Of a DNA stretch of 64,000 bases, positions 39,499-50,897 are shown piece by piece. A program made the translations under genes and the position numbers. Under the pieces are notes generated by a model. That model ran no database searches. It was not told the origin of the DNA and was given only the letters and a program-made list of their open reading frames with translations. The stretch comes from Cycas panzhihuaensis (Eukaryota; Plantae; Cycadophyta), in NCBI GenBank assembly GCA_023213395.1, contig CM041465.1:147381741-147445740 (forward strand). Direction: 5' to 3'. Every line of letters begins with the position of its first letter. The first letter of the stretch is position 1.

Positions 39499-40541
39499 AT
39501 GCTCGACCACTCTGGGCAGGCGGAAATTAGGACATCTAAAACGTGAAACACTTAATGTGAACAACGACTCTATGGTGGATGCGTCTGATAGCCTCAGGCC
39601 CAGGTCCTTCCAATAAGGACGAGCAGTGGGAGCTTACAAAACCATAAACCTCATAAAGCAAAGGTACGATTCATCCAAAGGATAAAACTTTAGGTTAAAT
39701 GAAAATAATCGGAAATTGCGAGCCCTTGGAACGCCTGCCAACGTCCGGTTCCTCCGATACGGCTATACGAGAGACGGGAGGATATTAACAGATCCTCTGT
39801 CCTACCCACGTTGTGTTAGCAGCGAGCAAGGGCTCTTCGTCGAGCCGGTTTTCTCGTACGGACAATATGAAGTAATGCAGTTCTGGGATGGAGCCGAATG
39901 CTATACACATTCAATTGAAGCCCTCGTGAGATAAATTTGAAGGTTCTGGCGTTCCAGGGCCAGAACATAGCCCATATCGGTCTCATGGGATTTGTTGGGA
40001 TACCTCAACAAAGTGAAAGAAACGGTTGACAATCAGAGCAAACAACCGTGGTCTGAACGGGCTTGGTGAATTAAGCCTCTGGATAGCCCGATAGAGGTGC
40101 ATAGCTGCTCGAAGTCTGAGGGAAATGATTGAATGCTTGGTAGATTAAACGGGATCCGCCTGTAGTTGAGGAAGCTCCACCTATAATTTGAAATTAGAGA
40201 CATAGAGGCAAAGGGGTCGTACGCCAATATTTCATCGTTCAATGGTATACCCTTTTTATTTGGGCCGTTGGGTGTTGCCGGTAATGGGGTCGTCAGCTTC
40301 CACGTTTCAGAGATGGGGTAGTAAATGCAAAGCCTTGAAAATGGTTAGATAAGAGGCCAACGACGCCATGCTACAACAACATTTGAAATAAGTTAGGGGT
40401 ATGACATTGGGTCGAAGGCCAATTCCTTCATTTAGAAAGGGAAAGAGTGCAGCCCTCAAGGCGTAGGGAGGAGTGGCTAAGCGGCTAGTGGAGAAACGCA
40501 AGGGAGAGAAACTCCTGAGATTTGACAAAGCCTACAGGGAC
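39499..40541. other. Compositionally foreign ~1-kb segment (candidate organellar/NUMT-like insertion)
   Basis: Abrupt rise to roughly 45-50% GC by eye with abundant CpG, against ~33% GC CpG-poor flanks. No TE motifs and no recognisable ORF. Origin is inferred, not identified. Confidence 0.5.
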
Positions 40542-41600
40542 TAATATTTTTTGGACATGTAGTGGGTACTAGTTCCTCTTATTAGATTGCAGAAGTGTTG
40601 TGGGTTCCAATGGGAGGCATCACACTCTAGGAGAGGCTGTATATTCATGTAATTCCACCCACTTCCCTGGCAGTGGTAAAGGACTAAAGAGGTGAAGATG
40701 TTAGGACAAGTAAGTGAGGAATCCATGATTTCTGTTAATGCTCCATTAGAGAGAAGCACTAATGAGCATGAGGTGTGATAACTTGGAGGCCCAATTTTGC
40801 ATGGAAAGTACATGCCCAATTTTGCATGGAAAGTACTCCGATAGGCACACTGTTGAGGGCACAATTGCAGAACTACAGTGCACGTAAGTAAGGAGACACG
40901 AATGGTTTGAAAGCACGACTATAATCTTTTTAGCATGCACTTGTAGTCATTTTTGTTTTTTCCTGACCTCTATGTTCTGATATTCCCCATTAATCTACCT
41001 TTGGCTACAGGGACAACCGTCCAGTAGGGTAGTGAGGGGACATATAGACCAAAGTGGTAACACCACCTAAAATGGATAACACTCTATTAACGCTTGCAAG
41101 AATGACAAACACCAACAAAATGGATGTACTAAGGAAGTTGGTAGATGGATTTGGATTGACAATACCATTGGAAATGCTTTTTCTGTGGTGGTTGTTAGGT
41201 GTATTTAACAAAATGTCGATTACTAAGGAAGCCCTAGAGATAGCAATTCAATACGTTTAGCTGATATTGGATAGAGTTCCTTATATACCAATGCAAATAT
41301 GCGGTTAGTAATATTGTTCAACAATAGTGGATGGAGGATCAGGTCTCATGTTTTATAAGAACTACTTGGGAAAAGATAGGATCTCCATGGCTAATCTTGA
41401 TTTTTCCATAAAATTGGCCAATCAGCTAAGGATTCAAACCATCGGAACATTGTAAGAGATTTCTATCATCAATGCAGGTATCACAACTATTCACAAATTT
41501 GTGGCAATAAAATTAATGCTAGGTACTAAACCATACCCAACACTCCTAGGAAGACTTTGTATATATGCCACCTATTGCATTCTAATTCGAAAAGGTGGAC
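40542..41600 (+). pseudogene. Decayed Ty3/gypsy (non-chromovirus-like) gag-protease remnant
   Basis: Aspartic protease motifs TIVDGGSG (~41321-41344), FSIKLANQ and PYPTLLGR (~41531-41554); degenerate knuckle near 40866. Contains a 25-bp tandem duplication at 40789-40836. Confidence 0.65.
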
Positions 41601-41942
41601 ACTTGAACGATGATTTGATCAAGCAAATGGATGAGCTACTCAAATAGTATTGACAATCAATTGCTACTAGAAGAGCTATTGGTAGTAGTATTAATTTAAA
41701 CTCAATAAAAAAAAAACAAATTAAACTACCAATCAAGAGATCGGTTGTACCATAGACAAGTTGCAACAATTGAAGAAATTTAATTCCAAAGATGGTTTGC
41801 AAAGCATTAATGAAGTGTTGTTGCTATAAAAAAGAAAAAAGCAAAACATCAAGGGCATTTAATGGTGAATAAATAAATAAAATAAGAAAGTAGAAAAACC
41901 ATAAGAATTCAAAAAAGCAAAAGGCTACCTGATTATGTATCA

Positions 41943-44900
41943 TTTTTTTCTTTAGAAAAATGATGATTCATTAGATAAGAAATATTACATACAAGTACTA
42001 ACAAAATAGGAGGGAGATTGTCGTCCCCTCCATCCCTCAAATGTTACAACAACAAAAAAAGAAAAAAACATACACTTGGCTATACACAATCATAAATTAA
42101 TGGCCCTTAGGTGGAATAGACATTACTTAAGTTTGAACTCCATCCCTTTCTTGAGTTGGATCTAGCAATTCCCATCTATCATCCTCCTTATTGGGGTAGT
42201 TCTCCCTCAACTTCTAGCCTTTGGATTGCACAAGCTCAACATTAATTGGCACCAAGATTTGCATAGCCTTGCTTGCTTGCCTAGTAGAGTCCCCTAGCCT
42301 TGGTCAAGGGCAGATTGACTACTACAATGAAGGGGATGTCCAATCTTCACTTGGTTGATGGTTCTTGTATTGGCCTCAACTTTACGACTGACTTCTATGA
42401 TGGCCTCAATTAGCAGCCTATTACGAGTTGGCCTCCACTAGTGGCACATAACTCATTGTATAGGGGCTGAGCTTCAATGGTTGATCAACTTGAGGGGATG
42501 GGAGAGCTCCAGCTACGACTTTTGTGCCTAGGCATTGATATGTAGAGAGCAAGAATTTAGCACAATGGAAATCATCTTGGAAGGAAAACATGCAACAGGA
42601 GATTTGCCATTGAAAGTCACCAAATTCCTATGTTTCCAAATGTAATATAAGACTTCTATACGTAGCAAATCCTAGGCTTTCTTGAAGGTTTGTGATATAG
42701 GTTTAATGTCTCCTAATATGGCATCGTTCCTGCCTATAGCACTATTGATGATTGGTTTGGCAAATTCTCTAAACCAATCCCATGCTGACTTGGCTAGCAA
42801 GCACCACCAAAATAGGTGCAACACTATTTCTTGGCATCCAAAAAGCACACAAGTGAGGTTCAACTATCCCAACTTGGCCAGCTTGGCCTTTGATAGCAAG
42901 GCCATTTTGCAATAATGAATAGGTAAAGAACGCCTTCTTGGGTTCTACAAGGGCTTTCCACAACCACCAAAACCATTTGCACCATATCTAGTCATTACTT
43001 GTCGTGCACCAAATCTTGTTTTGTCTAGAAGACACCCTATTGCACGTCACCATTAGATTATACATGTGTGAGGCAATAAATTTAGCAAATGGCTTAGAAG
43101 CATACCATGTCTAGTCTTTCCACCACCTTTCATTACCATTGGTGGCTAAATTAATAATTTGGTCTGTTGGATAGCACCGTTGTATCTCTTTTGTGATGAA
43201 TGTGTCAGAATTCTTAAGGCAACATTCATGTTTAAGTACACTCCATGCCTTCCAATGGCCATGTCCTCTATCAAATAACTGCCCAATCATTGCAAGCCCT
43301 TTTTTGTTGAGACACCAATCTTTGAACGTGGGTGATTGTCCTAAACATTTATCTTCCTTCTAAATCAATGACGACCACCAGATATAGCGTTGAACAAACG
43401 AACTACCTTTTCCATGTCCTCCAACTCTAGGTCAACCATTTTTTATAGCTCTCCTAGGCTTTCCATGTAGTTTTAAAGATGTGGGAACCAGCTATCTTAA
43501 TAGGAACTAGGGTGATTAGTGTTATATGGAAATTCAAGCTAAAGCTAGGGAAGTTGGTTGGACTAACATTGCCTAGGGTATACCTATGAAGAACCTTCTA
43601 AGCCTTCTCAACTTCTCATGCTCTAACCATCCATTTAACACAGAATGTTTGGCCCTAATGTTTGATATCAATGATCCTCAGGCCACTTTCTTCTTTTGAT
43701 CTGCAACAAACTTTCCAGCTCACCCAGTTGAAGCCTTTTTTATTCATCTACAAAGGGCCATAAGAAAGAGTGAAGCAATTTGACTAGTTGCTTGTATGCT
43801 AATTTAGATGGGACACAACATGAGAAATAGTACACATGTGGTTGCTAGCACTTTGGAGCAAATTTGATACATCCTTGCCAAAGATAGAAATTTGGTGAAC
43901 CATCCAGTAAGTTTCTTTTCTACTTTGTTAATTATAAATTCCCACATTTCAATTAGAGATGCTCCAAATCCGAAAGGAATGCCAAAGAATTTGGAGATTT
44001 CACCCTTGTTTATCCATGTCCAATCATATTATTCTAGCTAAGTTGGTCTATCTTTAGGGGATTGGAGGTAATAGGTAATTTTTCTCCATTGAATTTTGGA
44101 GCCCAAGGCTAAACAAAACATATCAACAACCTTTAACACTGCCTTAATAGACTCCTCCTTAGCCTTGATTATGAGAAATGAATCATCCACAAGGTGCCCA
44201 TTAACCAACTGTCCTCGACTTAGGCAACATATTTCCTCTAATCACATCTTGCTTAACTTCATCCCAAAGTAAATATCCCAATGCACCTATAGCTAGAACA
44301 AACAAGGATGGGGCCAAGGGGCAACCTTGCCTAATTGACCTTTCTAACTTGATTGGGTTGGTGATTACTCCATTCAATGAAATTCTAGTTGATGCATTAG
44401 CAAGTAAAGTTTGCATTGTGTGTCTAAAACATTCCCCAAACCCTAAAGCTATTAGCATCGACTATATGAACTACCTTTCCATTTGATCATAAGCTTTTTC
44501 AAAATCAATCTTCGTAAACAAAGTATCTTGCAGGGAGGCACTGGCCGATTCCATTCCTTCCTAAACAACTATCAAATTATCAAGGCTATATCTTCTCTTG
44601 ATGAAGCTCATCTATTCTAGCCTAATCACATTCAACAAGATGCATCTCACATGCCTGGCTAGCACTTTGGCTAAAATTTTGTGAGATAAATTTAACAAAG
44701 TGATGGGTCTCCAACTCATGATAATCTTTGGGTCACCCCCTTTGAGAATCAATTTAATGTTGCTTTGATTTATCTTGCCACATAACGAGCTAGATTGAAG
44801 GGTTTCCTAATATACCTCAAGAAGAATTGGGCTTGTCATATCTCATATGGCTTTGGAAAATTCACAAGGGAACCCATCAACTCTAGAGGATTCCTCATTG

Positions 44901-45420
44901 ACCATTTCCTACAATGCATCCTCCAATTCCTCTAACTTGAGGGGGGCATCACAGTTATTTCTCTAGGCTTGTGAGAGCTTGTTTGGAATCAATTGTATAC
45001 ATCTCTCCAAGGCATCATTAGCTCCTTCTAAAGGTGCTTAAGCTTGAAATACCTAGGAGTAATGCACCCTGAAATCCTTAGCAATTTCCTCATGTTTCCT
45101 TAATCTCCCATTCAAAGTTTTCAAAGTTGTGATCTGTTTTCTTGAGTGCTTGCTCATAAGAGAGTGGAAAGAGAATTTAAAACACCTATCTCCATCCTTA
45201 ATCCAATGCATCCTGACATGCACTTGAGACCCTTTAGCTTTTCTAATTTTTGCAGCCTTGAGCAATTGGGATAGAATGACTACTTGTTTATGGTGTTTTT
45301 CATCAGAAAGGTCAGCATCCAACTTGCATGTAGTGGATATCAATTTTCTAGTAGCATCCCTCTCAACACTCTTCTCAATATGAGCAATCTTCTTGTGTAT
45401 CAATTACTTGATGATTAGCA
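41943..45420 (-). mobile_element. L1-clade LINE, 3' part (ORF2 linker, RT, zf-RVT, 3' UTR, A tail); lacks ORF1 and endonuclease
   Basis: WIKDGDR (45053-45403 ORF), WRPITLLNLSHKILAKVLA, DFEKAYD, SIRQGCPLAPSLF (44201-44458), GHLVDDS, HLFWWC (42672-42863); T-run 41943-41953. Homologous to the LINE at 14812-25444. The 5' boundary is approximate. Confidence 0.9.
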
Positions 45421-48400
45421 TGGAAAAATAATACACTTTGCTAGCTTCATGCTTTAAAGCTTGTGATCGTAAGACTTACCATTATTGCCATAGAGTAGGG
45501 GGTTTATTATGTTTGTGGAGCCATTATGACCACCTCGAACATCATCCTGTGCTTGTATTCTAAAGCACTATCAAACCCTAGTGAAACCTTTGCAGACCAC
45601 CAACTTGTATTCGTTTGGGAAGAGGATGGCATCTAAAAGAGACAAGATTCGTACCCAAGATCTTTGATGATGTGAATCAGACTCTTTACATGTAGTATGT
45701 TTGGATCAACAAGTTGTTGCTAATGTTATGTGTGTTGTGCATTCATGTATCCTTATTGCGTATTTTGTTGGTAATCTTTCATTGGAGATTGTGCTCAAGT
45801 AGGGAGTGTATGATTCACTTGAAGCTTTTCATTAGAAGATAAGCACCATCAAGAACTTATCTAAGGGATTTTACTCTTTCATTTTTTAGCCTCTAGAAGC
45901 ATCTCAATAAGCTCTCAAATAGAAGCCTTGGATGTGTAGGTGAAGTTTGGTTGTATTCAATCGATGGGAGCTTGACTTCTCTATCAATAATGTGGTTGCA
46001 TTCAAATATCTAGTTTGGATAGAGTTTCCTAGTCCCTCCATATATCTATGGACCTTTGTTAAAGAGTTGGTCAAGCCACTAGGTGAATTTGTATTACCTA
46101 AATCCCATGGAGAGCTTTACCCTAGGTTATATTCATGTCTATGCCATAGTCAGCTTATCTTGAAGGATTTCTGAGCATATAGTCATCTAGTGTGGCAACT
46201 AGGCTTTTAAGAAGAGGGTAGTCTTCTTTAATGTCATGAATGCATACTTTTGATGTGTGGTAGACCCTGCAAGGTTGTTCATTGATTCCAACATTAGATA
46301 ACAAAAAAATATTTAAGTACTACCAAATATCAAAATATAGAAGCAAAAGAATACCAATAACCACTCCAAAATACATTGAAAATGATAAGTATTGATATGA
46401 TAGCAAATATGGCAATGTATAAGGAAATAAAATAATAGCAAATATGATAACTTCATAATAAATTAAAATAGCATCCAATAATGAAATCTATCTCTATTAC
46501 AAATGCTTTCTCAAGATAATAAAAACTTATTCTATAAAAGCTTATTTCCCTTGGAGGCAAGGGAACCTCTCAAAATAAAGCCTCCTCCCAAAGGAGCAAA
46601 GAAAACAAATAAAATCTATAAACCTAACCTTCCAAGTGACTTGACTACTCCTTATATATGGTTGTATGCCAAATTCTTGTCAAAATCTTGCAACATCTTA
46701 AGCTAGAGTCGAGCTTGAATATGAGTAATAAATTCAGGTAAAATCAACCTCCAATAATCTATATTTAGGATTGCAAAATTCAAATTGGTGTGACTTTTTC
46801 ATATAATGTTTGTTTAGAACTTAGGACCATTCATTTTAAAGCCAATGAGAAGCTCTATACAATGATCTATGTTTCATAAGTTGATTGCATTTATTCTAAG
46901 ACCATAATTTTAAATTACATATTTTTAAATGTACCTTGGTCCATTGGGAGGGCAAGTGTACAACAAATCCCCCCTCTCAACATACTTCACCCTCAAAGTT
47001 TTTTTGTTTTGATATGCGTTGCCCATGAAAAGTGGGAGAGGTACATACTTCTCGAGTCCACCACCTACTAAGGACAATATATCATAGGAGTTTAAGCCAC
47101 TTTTATGTTGTCTTCTCAAAGCAACATATAGATATTGGGACCTGTGTGTTATGGGTCCCTCTTGCTTATATCCCATTTCTATATTGCATCCATGGGAATT
47201 TGGTCTTGAGAAAAGAAAGTTGTTTAGAAATAAGAAGTAGTGAATAAGTGATAAAGATTGGGGAATATGATTGTGGTCTCATAAATAGGAATAGGGTTGG
47301 TTGATGTAGCAACCCAAATCTCAAACAACAGATAGAGATAATATTTCCAACAGATAATATACGTTTATAGCACATAATTCTTCATAAAATATCATTTAGC
47401 AGTTATAGTTCATCCATCCATGTAGCATAACATCTATATATTGATAAATAGTAGTAAATAAAATAATAATAATAAATCAATAGTAGAACCTGATACAATA
47501 TCTAGTAGTTGTAACCCTCTTCGAGGCGAGAGTAGTCCTCCAATTTGGCATGGGTGTGCCCTAATGGCGCAAGTCTATTATCCCAAGTACAATAAATGCT
47601 CTAAGATTGATTTACAAATGATTTAAGGTTTTCTATTTATAGCCTTTATTTTCTCTTTCAGAAACCAACTCCTAATTCTCTTTCTAAAAAAAACTGACTT
47701 CGTAATAAAATATATTAAATGATTCTTTCGTTAATACTTTTAAAAACTAGCTTCATAATAATAATTCCCTCTATAAAAACTGACTTCTTCTTTATTTTGG
47801 GAACGCTATAATTTCCCTCTCCTTAAAATAATGCTTTGCCCTCAAAGTATTAGGAATTGCTTGTTGCATGGCTTGGTCTAGCTTTGACCAGTTCTTCCAG
47901 CCACCACCTGCTAAGTCTTGTATGTCGTGAAGACTGGGTCCAATCTTACAGCTTCTATTAGATTTCGCTAAGGAGTGTTCTAAATTTGTTGATGCTCGTT
48001 CTTGGGTCTAGGTATATGTTGTCTCTTGTCCTGTATTGGAGTGACCCTGGGGCCTATGAAGTGCTTCAGATGCCTTGCCCTAATCTTGCCTTGTATTTGC
48101 ACATTTTGTTCTCAAATGGAATGGCTTATGGAATGGGACGCGATTAGAATACTAAGAACTTTTGTGGAGATTTTAGAAAAAGAATTGATCATAAGGATCC
48201 TGAAATGATGATTGCTTATCATAAAAAGAAAAGGAAGAAGTGGGATTTTGAATAGTGATCAGCCATAGCTTTGAAGGCCTAGAAAGAGAGGATGACATTT
48301 GGAGCTTGCCTTGGCCACAGGAATTCTTCAAGGGAAAAGATAGACAAGGGATTCGTGATAGACATTTTTTATGAGAAAAAGACTTTGATAGGATTTTAGA

Positions 48401-50701
48401 AATGGCATTTAGACTAATTGAAGGTTTTAGCAACAAAAAATAATATTTATAGTAGTGAAAAGAAGAGGGTTAGAATTGACCAAGTGGAGTCTTGTAGGGG
48501 TTAATCATCATACTAAGCGATGAAACCTGGCAAATTGAGGATGGAAGGTTTAGAATAACCTAATGAAGAAAATTTCTAAGGGGGAAAAGGTGGCGTAAAG
48601 GTAGCATTAAACTAGGGTTATATAAGGAGATTGGGATTTGTCCTACGATAAAATGAGAGCTAGGGCGATTAGGATTTTGGCTAACTATGGAATAGGGAAA
48701 AGATGCTATTGAACTTGGAAATGAGAAAGAATAGATAAAACTACCAAACGAAATGTGCATGTGCAACGTAGGATCGAGAGCTACCTTGACTACCTCATTG
48801 GATTCATATGTGGCCTGTTGAGGTTGTTCGTCAACTTCTTTTGCATCCACTAGTTGTTGTTTCGCTTACTCTTCCATGTCTTTGTGATGCTCCTGTGTAA
48901 CTTCTCCTTGGGTCTCTTCCTTGATCTCGATTTTCCTCTCACGAGACTCTTCCATCAGGTGATTAGATTTCATGTGCGCCTGCTTTGGGTCTTTTATGCA
49001 GTCGTGTTGTTTCCCCTGAATTGGTTCTTGTTCATGTTCCTGCAAGGTCTCTAAGACTTCCTCAATAATAGTTTTTGCTTCTTCTTCTGTTTCTGCCAAT
49101 TCGTGTACTAGCTTTGATACATGCATTTCAAAAGAAATACCAATCAGAAAATACTTTTTCTAACCAATTAACGAAACAATCAAAAGCTCTTCCTTCTAGG
49201 AAGCATTTTAACAATGGTTTATACACTTCAATTTTTGTACCCAACGTGTATTCACAATAGGTCTCAAATGTTTCTGCCCAATGCATCATATTATCCTCAT
49301 GATCCAAATCAAAAAAAATCTTTCTCTATTTTTCTTTTTAGTCTCTGAGCTTTAAACTCCAGATGTGTCCTCTTTGCAAGTTTTCTTTGTAAATTTCTAT
49401 TTATCGTTGCACTTGAAACTAGTATGGAACTACCTTCCTTTAAAATCCTCCTATATCACCCTTTTTAGAAATGACCACTTAAAGTACTTTGAGTCCTTGT
49501 AGGTTCTGCAAAACTACTTGAACCAATTTACTATGTTACCACTTAGATACTGGGATGTGAAAGGAATCTTCTTTTCTTCAGGCATTGGGTGAATGTTGAA
49601 GCAGATGTCCAACATCATTGTCCATTCTATCGCTTCTATTCTATTGTCAAGGTCCCATTTTGCTAATGAGATCTACACTTTGTTAGCCAGCTCAAATGGC
49701 TCAATTAAGTTATTTCATGTAACTATGCATACTTAAAAAAAAAAAAAAAAACTGGTCAACAGAAGCTACAACTTCATCAATTAAAATCTATATCATCCGC
49801 TGGTCAAAACTATCATATATGATCATATGATCACTTGTAACAATCGTCTCTAAACCAAGATTCCAATGGTTTAGACGACACTTCAATACGGTACCTGCAG
49901 CTTAAGTTATGAACAAAAACGTGTAGGTACCTTGTTTTGCAAAAAAAAAATGAAAGAATAAAAATAAAAACAAAGGGGTTTTAAGCCCCTTTTCACTTAA
50001 CCCCTTGGTCATATAAACATAACCACATAACTGTAAGGAGAGATTATTTGAATTTAAAATCCAATTTCATTAAATGTAAGAGAACTATAGAAAAAATAAA
50101 ATTTATCTATGGCAATCAAAATTATGCGTGCGTGCGGATTTCTTCACTAAATTGAGCAATTGCACTCCTGCCTAACAAGGAGCTTCAGGACTTTGACTTT
50201 ATAGAAATGGATCATCCACAATGGTGTCAACACTAGCGCAAGGTTGGATTGCAGTGATGGATGGCTCACAGAGCAAAAGCAACTTCTTCACACAAACTTC
50301 AAATCATACTCCAACAAGTAAATCTTCACTAATCATGACAAAAATATCTCATGACACAAGACAATAATACAAGTTGCATGACTTTTCAATGACGATCTTT
50401 ATGTGATGATTTGAACTAGGGTGATCATGATACAAATCCACAAAGATCAAAAATTTTCTCTTCGACTGGCTCAAAGAGGGATGACACAATAGAGGTGAAT
50501 ATGATCACGCAATGAGTAGAATTGATAGATGGGCATAGGGTATATCTATGAGCATATACTATAATTGATTCTTCATTGTAAAACCCTCATGCAATAGATG
50601 GCAATGATGAGATCACGACACATGGTTAGAAATCATCAATGTGATTAATGATAGTGCTCGACTTCAGATGGCTCTTCCATAGATAAAATGATGCCTAGTG
50701 C

Positions 50702-50821
50702 ACTAGACACAGACTTCTACACAGGCACCCAATCACGAACAATAGGTGGTAATATACTATAACTAGACACAGACTTCTACACAGGCACCCAATCACGAAC
50801 AATAGGTGGTAATATACTATA
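50702..50821. repeat. Perfect 60-bp tandem duplication in the element B leader
   Basis: ACTAGACACAGACTTCTACACAGGCACCCAATCACGAACAATAGGTGGTAATATACTATA occurs twice, identical. Confidence 0.97.
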
Positions 50822-50897
50822 ATCTCACTGATTTCACTTTCAGTAGGACAATCTCAATACAATCCCAAACGACCTAGCCAACAATTCTCCAAGAACT

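Noticed and set aside
39713-39975. Group I intron-like words (AAATTGCG, TTAGCAGC, AGAACATAGCCC) and group II domain V-like words (GAGCCG...CGTACGG; GAGCCGAATG)
   Set aside because: I could not build a consistent P7 pairing or a complete domain V stem-loop. Left to a covariance-model search.
40467-40540. GGAGGAGTGGCTAAGCGGCTA resembles the 5' end/D-arm of a tRNA-Ser
   Set aside because: No anticodon arm, no GTTCRA T-loop and no complementary acceptor strand follow.
50702-50821. Direct repeats as a CRISPR-like array
   Set aside because: Two abutting copies with no spacer, in a eukaryotic TE context with no cas genes.
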